From Octopus sinensis (taxonomy: Eukaryota): a stretch of 64,000 bases of DNA. Both the position numbers and the translations under genes were made by a program. Positions 55,501 to 64,000 of the stretch are shown piece after piece. The notes below the pieces were generated by a model. That model was not told the DNA's origin and did not search any database. It worked only from the letters and a program-made list of their open reading frames with translations. The stretch spans positions 56,234,001-56,298,000 of the forward strand of contig NC_043002.1 in the NCBI RefSeq assembly GCF_006345805.1, given 5' to 3'. Position 1 is the first letter of the stretch. Every line of letters begins with the position of its first letter.

Positions 55501-58500
55501 AAACTACTCACGTGCCTCTGCCTGGAAATCTCGGAAGCCATCAAAAACAGACTTTGCTGGTCTTCTTCCCCGAAAGCCTGAAAGAAAAAAAAATATTTAT
55601 AGAGATAATTGATTTATATGAAAAAAAAAAAAAAAATGAAACAAAGCAGAAATTTTCTGTAGTGGGTTCATAAAAAAAAAAAAAAAAAGAAAGTAAATTC
55701 CTTAACACATTCACAAAAAATTTTTTAAAAAGCCATTTGTTTTGCTTCTTGCTGGTCTACATAATAGACTTACAGCCTGGCAGTCACAGATTTTAACAAT
55801 CGTAGTATTATCGAAGGTGGTGAGCTGGCAGAACCATCACTGTGCTGAGAAAAATGCTTAAGGGCAGTCCATATGTCTTTACATTCCAAGTTCAAATTCT
55901 GCCAAGGTTGGCTTTACTTTTCATCCTTTCGGGTTCGATAAAATAAGTACCAGTTGAAGACTGGCGTCAATGTAATTGAGTTACCCTTTCCTGAAATTGC
56001 TGGCCTTGTGCCAAAATTTGAAATAAATAGTATTATCACTCTCACATTTTATTTCTTTATCTCCAAATTGTAGTGAATTTTGCTGGTGAGAGAGAAGGAG
56101 GGGGGGGGGCTGATTTCCAGCATTAAATATAGAATGTTGAGAGAGAGTAAGAAGAAAATGTTTTTAAGATATTGTATTCAGAGGAAATATGGTAATAATG
56201 TATAGAACAAGGTTATAGAGCAGTGATAAAATTTATAGCATAAAGATTAGATTGTACAGCAGTGACAACAATAGACTGAAGTGAGTCTAAGATGAATACA
56301 GGGAATACAGGGAGTTGTTTTCTATACATTTCTGCATTTTAACCAATTCATTATCTACATCAGGGGTGGGCAAACCAGAGAGCTGCACTAGGCTCCAAAT
56401 GTCCACATTAGCATTGTTTCTATGACTGGATGCCCTTCCTAATGCCAATCACTCTACAGTGTGTTAGCTGCTTTATAAATGGTGCCATCATGAGTGCTAT
56501 TAAATGTGGTGCTAGCATGAATGCTGTGTGTGTGCCACTGGCATGGGTAGTCTGCATGTGGCACAGGTAGTCTGTACATGGCACTTCCAAGAGTGGTCTG
56601 TACATGGCACAGGTGGCCTGTTTGATACAGGTGGTCTACACGTAGCACTAGTGGTCTGTACATGGAACTGGTGGTCTGTTTGTGGCACAGGTGGTTAGTA
56701 CTGTATGTGTTACTGGTAAGGTGGTCTGTACACAGCTCTAGTGATCTGTAGGCGGCACAAGTGACCTGGTCGTGAAACTGGCATGGGATGTCTGTATGTG
56801 ACACTGGCACTGGAGGTCTGTACATGGAACTGGTGGTCTGCACATGGGACTGGTACTCTGTAAGCAGCACTGATGGTCTGTACATGTCACGGGCGGTCTG
56901 TGACACCAACACTGGTGGGCTATGTGGCACAGGTGGTCTCTACATGGCACTGGCATCGGTAGTCCATACATGGCATAGGTGACCCATACGTCACACTGAC
57001 ATGGATGGTCCATACATGGCATAGGTGACCCATACGTCACACTGACATGGATGGTCCATACATGGCACTTGGACGAGCAGTCCATATATGGCTCTGGTAC
57101 GGGTAATCCATACATAGCACAGGTGGTCTTTATATGGCACGAATGGTCTGTATGTGGCACTGACAAGGAGGTTCTGTACATTGCACTGGAACAGGTCCTT
57201 CTCACATGGCACCGGCATGTAAAAGTATTTTTCATCAAGCAAAACAAATATTTCTTCAAAGTGCTGTATTTCTTGAATCAAAAAAAGGTCAAAGGTTCTC
57301 TCCAAGCCCATAGTTTCTGGTATTTTGTGGCATATATATTCCACTCCTGGCCGAGATGCCAATCCATCACAGAATCACTCATTTTTGCCAGCTGAGTGGA
57401 TTGAAGCAACATGAAATGAAGTGGTTTGCTTAAGGACATAATGCATCATCCAGTTCAGGAATTGAAACCACAATCTTACGTTCACGAGTCCAACACCCTA
57501 ACCATTCAACCATGCACCTCCACATTTCTTGAATAATAGGAATTAATAATTCTTTCTGATTGTGACACAAGGCCAGTAGTTTTATGGGGAAGGAGCCAGT
57601 TGATTACATAGATCCCCACCCCACCCCAGTACTTGACCGGTACTTTAATTTATCAACTCTGGAGGGATGAATGGCAAAGCTGGCCCTATTTTTAAACTGG
57701 GAACATAACCAATCAAAAGAAATCTTGCTAGGTGCTCTGTCTCATGCTTGAACAATTCTACCAGCTCATCACAATAATAATAATAATAATTTTGTCAATC
57801 TACTTAATTATGGTTACTATATAAAGGATTGAGGTAACTCTTCCAGAAGATATAGAGTCAAAATTAAAAGAAGAGTGCCATTGTCATCTAGTGAACGATA
57901 TTTCAACATCTTGTGCGTCTTCAACAGGTTCAAACAATAATTTTGTCAATATTAACCAAAATGAAGTAGATTGACAAAATAATTTTTTTAACCTGTTGAA
58001 GATACACAAGATGTTGAAATATCGTTCACTAGATGACAATGGCACTCTTCTTTTAATTTTAACAATATCTTCTGGAGGAGTTACCTCAATCCTTTATATA
58101 TTATCATTATTATTATTATTATCATCATCAATAATAGTTTTCTTCATCAGCTTTGGTGTTTGGTTTCCATGCTGGCTCATGATTTTGATAATTAAACTTC
58201 TGGGTGACATTTAAATTTTCAAAAATATTTATTTACTCTTTGAACTGATACAGGTCAACAGCTTTACATTTTGAGATCAGTGTGACTGTTGAACTTTACT
58301 GACTGAAAAAAAAGGAATTAAAAGAAGTCAAGACATTCATGCCTTTCCAAAGGGCAGCAGCAGCAACAGCAGTGTGGTGAGTAAAACAAAACAGTTGTAA
58401 CAAAAAGATAATGAAAAAAAAAAACAAGTCTGCAATTAGTTTGCCAGGAGCTTAGTTTACCACTGCTACAATGCTCACCATTTCTTCCATGCACACTTGA

Positions 58501-61500
58501 AAACTAAATTGATCACAATGGAATGGCAATAAAATATTTTACTAAATACTGACAACCAATACTAAAAAAAAAAAATTGCCTTAAGAACCAAAAATGACAA
58601 ACTAAAACTACTAACTCAATCCACTTATACACGTCTGTAAAAAAACGCAGTAGTATATAATGTTGATTGGGTTTAGATGTGATAAGCACAATAAAGAAAG
58701 GGAAAAAAGAAAATGATAAACCATATTTATATAATAAAAATAATAATAATACAAGCACAAGCCAACATGAGACAGTGACTGAAGCCAACAGAAATGGTGG
58801 AATGGCAATGAATTAAATAAAATATTGGCATTCAAAATGAACTGAGCAGAGGAGGGGATCGATAACACATACAAACCTATGGAGTCGGCATTCATCATCT
58901 TCTGGACTACAAACAGAAAAATGCCATTATACACTCATTGTTAGTGGCTAAGGTGTGTATAAAATAGACGTGGGTATATAACACAAGAGCAAATATAGAA
59001 AGAGTTAAGATCACAGCTAGTGAAAGTTGGAGACAGTCTTATTTTAAAAATTGGTTTGGGTCAGCGGAGTGATTAGCCAAAGATTATATAAGGACCACAG
59101 TAACTTTTGTTTCAATGCATGTAAGCAAAGAGTGCAGTTGATTTTATTGGAGATAAAGCAAGCTCATTGTTGGCATCTGTAAGAAAAACTAATGGAGTTA
59201 CATAGAGAAAGTGACCACAGTAAAATTCAGTACACAGTGATAACATTGGCAAGGTCAAGGAGGAACTCCATAAGTGTAATTTGATACCACCCAGCTGAAA
59301 ACATCCTTGGTTCTATGAGACAGACTTCCTGTCCTAAAATGATTTTAAAATCTTCCATCAAAATTTCACATTAACTTAGGTTCTAAATAGTAATTTAATA
59401 ATTACAAAATTATTTTACTAAATTCATTATTTTCAAAATCAATACAAACGAAGGCAGTGTATTTCAACAGAAGTAGGGTAAATAAAAGTTTAACATTCAC
59501 TTTTAAAAGATTGAAGATAAAAATATAAAGAGTAAAAGCTGTTTGAAAATCTTTTTTCAGTCTTTTTGTTTTCAAACCCTAACAAAATATTGACACAGTT
59601 TTGTGATAACCTTGTAAAATAATATTTTGACAACAATGTAGTTTCTGAATCATCATCATCATTTAATGTCCACTTTCCATGCTGGCATGGGTTGGACGAT
59701 TTCACAGGAGCTGCACCAGGTTCCACGGTCCACTTTGGCATGGTTTCAACAGCTGGATGCCCTTCCTAACACCAACCTCTTTACAGTGTGTACTGGGTGC
59801 TTTTTACATTGTACCAAGGGAAGGGAGCAGAAATAAAGCTAAATTTCTAGTTGTGTTGGGGACAGGGCTGTGGAGTCAAAACAAAAAACTTTGACTCCAA
59901 CTGACTCCAATGCCAACTCCTCTTTATGTAATTAAGTGATTGTGGTTTACATATCTCATAAAGCATAGGCATATGCTTGTACTTTTGAGTAGGCCTTATG
60001 TTATAACTTATTTATATTAAAGAATAAAGACATTATGAGTCAGAGTCGGTATAGTTTTAGTGACTCCAACTCCAGCTACCCCTTAATTGTTTCCGAATGT
60101 GAGACTGACTCCAACTCCACAGCCCAGGTTGGGGAAGTAAATTTTTTGATTTCCCCAATAAAACCATCATCAAAAGTACTGAGCTACAGCTCTCTGTGAG
60201 TGTGCACATTGACAAGGAGCTCTATGATGAAGGTTGTGTGTTAGAGAGAGAGAAAAAAATTTTCTCCATAAAATTAATCGAAATTAAATTCAAATATATT
60301 TATAGATTAGTCATAGCTGTGTAGTAAGAAGTTGGTTTCCCAACCACATGGTTCAGGATTCAGTCCCACTGCAAGACACCTTGGTCAAGTATCTTCTGCT
60401 TTAGCCTCAGGCCAACCAAAGCCTTGTCAATGGGTGTAGTACACAGAAACTGAAAGAAGCCCATAGTGTGTGTGTGTGTGACCACTAGACAACTGGTATT
60501 GGTGTGCTTACATCCCTGAAACTTAGCAGTTTGGCAAAAGAGATTGATAGAATAAGTACCAGGCTTAAAAACAATACTGGGGGTCAAGTCATTTGACTAA
60601 AACCTCTTCAAGGCAGTGCCCCAGTATGGCCCCAGTCTAATGACTGAAACAAGTAAAAGATAAGACAAAAAGACCTGCCTATTGCAGTGATTTTGTATAA
60701 TAGACACAACTCTACCAGTGAGTCTTTAACCAATATCATGGAAAGCAGCCGCTTGTTTTTACTCAATTATTTCTTAGCTTATAAATTAGCTGATTAGGGC
60801 TAGGACGAAAATACACAAAAATCTGTTTTATTAAGAATGCTCGTTCCTTTGCTCCATTCCAGTTAATACATAGCAACTATCTTGCCATATCATTTGGTTC
60901 TACACCAATCGAAAAATATACAAGAATTTTTTAAAATCCAGTTTCCATTTTCTTTTTATTAGTATTGAGGATGGGCCAAAAGTCTTATAAACTCCTGGAT
61001 ATTTTGTTTTACATAAACAATACTATAGCATCATATGCACAACATTTTTATATATATCATCATCATCATCATCATCGTTGTCATTTAATGTCTGCTTTCC
61101 ATGCTGGCATGGGTTGGACGGTTTGATTGAGGACTGGTGACCCAGAAGGCTGCACCAGGCTCAATCTGATCTGGCAAAGTTTCTACAGCTGGATGCCCTT
61201 CCTGACGCCAACCACTCAGAGTGTAGTGGGTGCTTTTACGTGCCACCGGCACAAGAGCCAGTCAGGCAGTTCTGGCAATGACCACGCTCAAAAGGTGTTT
61301 TTTTACGGGCTACATGTACGGGAGCCAGTCCAGTGGCACTGGCAACAGCCACACTCAACTGTTGTTTCTCATGTGCCAGTAGGGCAACGATCACACCCGG
61401 ATGTGCTTTTAATGTTCCACTGGCAGGAGTGCCAGTCAGGTGGTACTGTCATCGGCCATGTCAGCAATTTTGATTTGATTTCACTTACCTCAATAGGTCT

Positions 61501-62299
61501 TTGCAAGCAAATTTTATCGTCCAATGAATGAGGGGTACTCATAAGTGGGCTGGTTACACCCCACGTTCAGATGTGCTTTTAACATTCCACTGGCACGAGT
61601 GCCAATCAGGCAGTGGTCATTGGACATGTCAGCAATTTTATATATATAATCATCATCATCAAATAACGTCTTGTTTTCTATGCTGGAAGCTGTGAAGCCA
61701 AGAGCTGGACCACATCCCATAGTCTGCTTTGGCATGGCTTGATGCCCTTCCTAACGCCAACCACTTTACCGAGTGTAGTGGGTGCTTTTTAAGTGGCACC
61801 AGCAGGGTCATGAAATAACTTGCAACACAAAGACCTCTTGGCTGAGAAAGGGAGTGGGACCAAGGAAAGTGGTTGTGTGTACCAAGTGAGAGGTTAGAGT
61901 ATAATAGAGGGAGAGAGATAGTTGTCATATTACAGAGGAGATACTTGACCAACCCAGTGGTACAAAGAGGAAAGCAAGAGTTGGAGAGAAAGATAAAGAG
62001 ACAGTTGGAGAGAGAGAGAGAGAGAGAGAGAGAAATAGATGGTGCTGGACCTACCCACAGAGAACAGCAGAGCTGAGTATAAATAGTACAGAAGAGATAG
62101 AAAGAATTTATTAAAATTTCAGTCCCTTGTGACTTTTGTCCCACCCTGTACATGCAACTGAAACAGACCAATGTAGAAATTTATTCCTGAGGTATTTGAG
62201 AAGGAAGGAAATGAAGCATATCCAGACTTACCAAACACAGGTGCATCTTCAACAAGAATTTCTCTTTTTTGAGGAATTGGTGCTCGAACTTCATCAGTG
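35155..62299 (-). CDS. UBXN7: UBX domain-containing protein 7 orthologue (UAS, UIM, UBX domains), 5'-partial: complement(join(35155..35313,36656..36735,40214..40706,42857..42927,45687..45740,47188..47278,51965..52111,53614..53726,55512..55577,62232..62299))
   Basis: Ten GT-AG exons splice in frame. Motifs EVRAPIPQKREILVE, FDGFRDFQ, LEDLFRPPIDL, WLMVNIQNVQEFACQTLNRDVWSN (UAS), DASEDAQLQAAIKASL (UIM) and LMIRFPDG...LITNFPRRKL...AGLFPQDTVFVQER* (UBX) match the remembered human UBXN7 sequence. Confidence 0.96.
36656..36735 (-). CDS. UBXN7: UBXN7 exon (D-PVTNLMIRFPDGNKQQLSLPCTSPLL)
   Basis: tttttttag|ATCC...TTG|gtaagt; 80 nt, phase 1 to 0. Confidence 0.95.
38587..38831. mobile_element. Palindromic MITE (arms of about 90 bp) with an internal short palindrome
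   Basis: AAACAATT(C/A)CAGCATGGA..AAGCCATTTAAGAAACAC..TTAGATTCA is mirrored; inner CAAAATTCCGTGC-T-GCACGGAATTTTG. Confidence 0.8.
39558..39597 (+). repeat. (GGCT)n microsatellite
   Basis: Read directly from the sequence. Confidence 0.95.
40214..40706 (-). CDS. UBXN7: UBXN7 large exon: UIM plus Ser/Thr-rich linker (EMSIVDASEDAQLQAAIKASLEQ...WKAYLGSKD)
   Basis: ttgctag|GAAATG...GATG|gtaagt; 493 nt, phase 0 to 1. Confidence 0.95.
42857..42927 (-). CDS. UBXN7: UBXN7 exon (A-AEFLSLHPSLDGSVSPPHKSSKQ)
   Basis: ttttgttttgtag|CAGCT...AAACAG|gtaagt; 71 nt, phase 1 to 0. Confidence 0.9.
43480..43745 (+). mobile_element. Highly degenerate Tc1/mariner (maT/DD37D-like) transposase fragment
   Basis: Across frameshifts: AGYAEVLETVAKPW / GMPYVFQ*D / HKACVTQKWMSDN. 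Confidence 0.45.
45687..45740 (-). CDS. UBXN7: UBXN7 exon (G-EKLVEWNKLDHSKFCEY)
   Basis: tctctccatag|GTGAA...TATG|gtaaga; 54 nt, phase 1 to 1. Confidence 0.93.
45829..46060. mobile_element. piggyBac-type MITE, third family
   Basis: TTAA|CCCTTTCAAGTCC...GGACTTGAAAAGG|TTAA. Confidence 0.85.
47188..47278 (-). CDS. UBXN7: UBXN7 exon (VYHDSEEGRKYMQFYKVNIWPYIAILDPQT)
   Basis: ttttgatgctag|GTATAT...ACAG|gtaagc; 91 nt, phase 0 to 1. Confidence 0.96.
47744..49167 (+). mobile_element. 5'-truncated CR1-clade LINE with an uninterrupted reverse transcriptase frame, antisense within a UBXN7 intron
   Basis: NYRPVSLTS, QHGF, LDFAKAFDSV, GVPQGSVLGPLLF, LFADD and a CR1-type C-terminus (LRGH..FSVRV..WNKLP); stop at 49080-82; (TAAC)n tail; 9-bp TSD AACTAAACC (47735-43 and 49168-76). 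Confidence 0.93.
49241..50810 (+). mobile_element. Head-to-tail dimer of Helitron-like non-autonomous elements (about 900 and 670 bp), each with an internal palindrome of about 110 bp
   Basis: A|TCTATCTATA start; hairpin CCCGGTGACCC-AAC-GGGTCACGGG (50111-50134) then TAGTCTAA; the second unit repeats the first and ends in a degenerate hairpin at 50779-50801. Confidence 0.7.
51965..52111 (-). CDS. UBXN7: UBXN7 exon, UAS domain (AREEGTNQNRWLMVNIQNVQEFACQTLNRDVWSNSAVRNIVKEHFILWQ)
   Basis: ttgcatcag|GCC...TGGCAG|gtaaat; 147 nt, phase 0 to 0. Confidence 0.97.
53614..53726 (-). CDS. UBXN7: UBXN7 exon (R-QQEEMLHRSSTITSKHQTLEDLFRPPIDLIFKGTFAS)
   Basis: ccattttag|GTCAG...AGT|gtaagt; 113 nt, phase 1 to 0. 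Confidence 0.95.
55512..55577 (-). CDS. UBXN7: UBXN7 exon (G-FRGRRPAKSVFDGFRDFQAEA)
   Basis: ttttctttcag|GCTTT...GCAC|gtgagt; 66 nt, phase 1 to 1. Confidence 0.95.
56540..57200. repeat. Degenerate minisatellite of about 23 bp (GGCACAGGTGGTCTGTACAT-like) inside a family C element, including a perfect 46-bp duplication
   Basis: 56962-57007 is identical to 57008-57053; the family C core lies at 56400-56470. Confidence 0.85.
57818..58100. mobile_element. 283-bp near-perfect palindromic MITE (arms of about 130 bp, 19-nt loop), TA-flanked
   Basis: 57818-57950 is the reverse complement of 57970-58100; termini TATATAAAGGATTGAG/CTCAATCCTTTATATA. Confidence 0.88.
59863..60127. mobile_element. hAT-type MITE, same family as 29859-29989, opposite orientation
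   Basis: CAGGGCTGTGGAGT...ACTCCACAGCCCAG; perfect 8-bp TSD GTTGGGGA. Confidence 0.88.
61058..61640 (-). mobile_element. Family C element with VNTR
   Basis: (CAT)n, GATGCCCTTCCTGACGCC core, repeated GCCAGTCAGG/TTCCACTGGCA units. Confidence 0.8.
62232..62299 (-). CDS. UBXN7: UBXN7 exon (TDEVRAPIPQKREILVEDAPVF)
   Basis: taattggcag|CACT...TTTG|gtaagt; 68 nt, phase 2 to 1. Confidence 0.95.
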
Positions 62300-63329
62300 C
62301 TGCCAATTAAAGGTATTGAAACATAAGTTTACAAACTTACAATACATGAGGGATCATCACAAAATACATAATGCAAACAGTTCTTTACAACCATTGGTAG
62401 ATTTCCTAATTCATTTTTATGTTAGAGTTATATAAAATCATCATCGTCCTCAAATAATGTCTTGTTTTCCATGCTGGAAGCTGTGAAGCCAAGAGCTGCA
62501 CCACATCCCATAGTCTGCTTTGGCATGGTTGGATGCCCTTCCTAACTCCAACCACTTTACATGGAAACCATGCCAAAACAGACAATGGAGTGTAGTGCAG
62601 CCTTCTGGCTTGACAGTACCTGTCAAACTGTCCAACCCATGCTAGCATGGACAATGGACATTAAATGACAAAGTCGACGTTAGTCTGAAAAGCAAGAGTA
62701 CTTATTGTGGTCTTCAGAGACTGTATTATGGGATAAATGGATGAATTCATTGTGATTAATATTTAATTTCAATTATTAGCGAACAAAAAAATAACAATCG
62801 GCAGGGTGTTGTAAAGTTTTAGGAGAACATGTGAATCATCATCATAGTCGTTGTCTAACAACTACTTTTCCATGCTTCCATGGGTCAAATGGTATTTGAT
62901 TAAGACAGATTTTCTGTAGTTGGGTGCCCTTCTTGTCACCAACCCAATCCAACCCCAAAAAGAGAGTAAATACACCTAAAACTAGCAGAGAGAAAATCAA
63001 GAAAAGAGGCATGCACACATTTGGTCTCTCCAGCAAATTTTATGTACAAATTTGTGATTAAATTACTGAGTATTGAAACAGCTGTAAGAAGCAAAGCTGA
63101 CTAATTTGTTAATAATAAATAATTGTTAACTTCCTTATCTCCATTTTCTTTTCTTCTTTTAACTGGATATAAACTATATGCTTAATATATACCTACTGCT
63201 TTAAGGGAATTTCATTCCCCAGCAATACTAGGTATTAAATCAGTATTTCCTGGTTGCAACCATCCCCATCTTGAGGTTAACATATCCTCTGATTATATAT
63301 ATATATAAATTTTTTTTCAAGTGCTCGTG

Positions 63330-64000
63330 AAGCTATAGGGTGATGTCTGGTAAACGGTCAAACACAATCTTCAATCCATGATGTCCACAACAATCGGCAC
63401 TATTAAGCGAAAAGACAAAATTGCTGAAAAAGTGAAACAAGCTCGATGCAACCAATCCGATACCTTCAGACAACTGCGCCATGAAGCTGCCTGTTCTGCC
63501 CACACTGATCAAAATAAATTCTGGAGGACGGTCGCTGAAGACATGGAATGCGCCGCATCTGCTGGGGACTCCCATAAGCTCTACAGCCCCCTTCGATCGA
63601 GCACAAAGACAGGCTGGAGTGGTAACGAAACCATTTTGGACCAGAATGGCGATCCCATGACCAATCTCACTGAGCGCATCATCTGCTGGAGAGGCCATTT
63701 CGCCAATCTGCTGAACCACGACCACCAGCACCGCTTATCTGTTCCTGCAATCCCAACCTTGTATAACTGCCAAACAGCTCTCCCCACACTTAAAGAGGTC
63801 CTTGCTGTTATCAGAAAGCTCAAAAATAACAAAGCTGCGGGCAAAGATAACATTCCTGCTGAGATCCTCAAGCATAGTGCAAATATACTGGGGCCCGCGA
63901 TTCATCAAGTTATCACCTGGGTTTGGGATACGGAAACCCTCCCCCAAGACTGGAGTGACGCAACACTGGTACCTTTCTTTAAGAAAGGTGATAAACGCTG
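63330..64000 (+). mobile_element. RTE-clade LINE ORF2 segment (linker and start of the RT domain), open to the window end, antisense to UBXN7
   Basis: Stop-free frame from 63378 to the end: ..MECAASAGDSHKLY..W.GHFANLLN..PTLKEVLAVIRKLKNNKAAGKDNIPAEILK..LPQDWSDATLVPFFKKGDK. Confidence 0.88.

Noticed and set aside
56454-57395. Repetitive Cys/His/Pro-rich ORFs as a structural protein
   Set aside because: They are translations of the 23-bp minisatellite within a family C element, with no splice sites or starts linking them.
58268-58634. Two more acceptor-like sites in the UBXN7 intron (19-nt exon 58616-58634; 35-nt exon 58268-58302)
   Set aside because: The pyrimidine tracts are good, but neither length preserves frame and both alone or combined introduce a frameshift or stop. 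They remain unsupported without RNA data.

Overview
AT-rich, repeat-dense eukaryotic genomic DNA. The SINE/MITE repertoire and (TA)n/(CA)n/(GAT)n microsatellites suggest an octopus (inference). Two convergent multi-exon genes fill the window. ZNF277 lies on the + strand (9 coding exons, 1899-34110, 5' exons before the window) and UBXN7 on the - strand (10 coding exons, 62299-35155, 5' exons beyond the window). All exons were assembled by hand with GT-AG introns and consistent phases, and the stop codons are 1044 bp apart. The introns hold several tRNA-derived SINE families, a VNTR-containing (GAT)n-tailed retroelement, a Tigger/pogo transposon, Tc1/mariner remnants, piggyBac- and hAT-type MITEs, Helitron-like elements (one head-to-tail dimer), a solo LTR nested in a palindromic MITE, a young 5'-truncated CR1 LINE with an intact RT frame and an RTE LINE. 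The best leads are a candidate in-frame 30-nt microexon in UBXN7, a tRNA-headed SINE with a Penelope-like tail carrying decayed hammerhead-ribozyme cores in inverted orientation, an RT-only ORF that gains a Kozak-context ATG from flanking DNA, and a YCAY cluster within a 303-nt AG-free zone before a ZNF277 exon. No tRNA/rRNA genes, CRISPR arrays or prokaryotic systems are supported.
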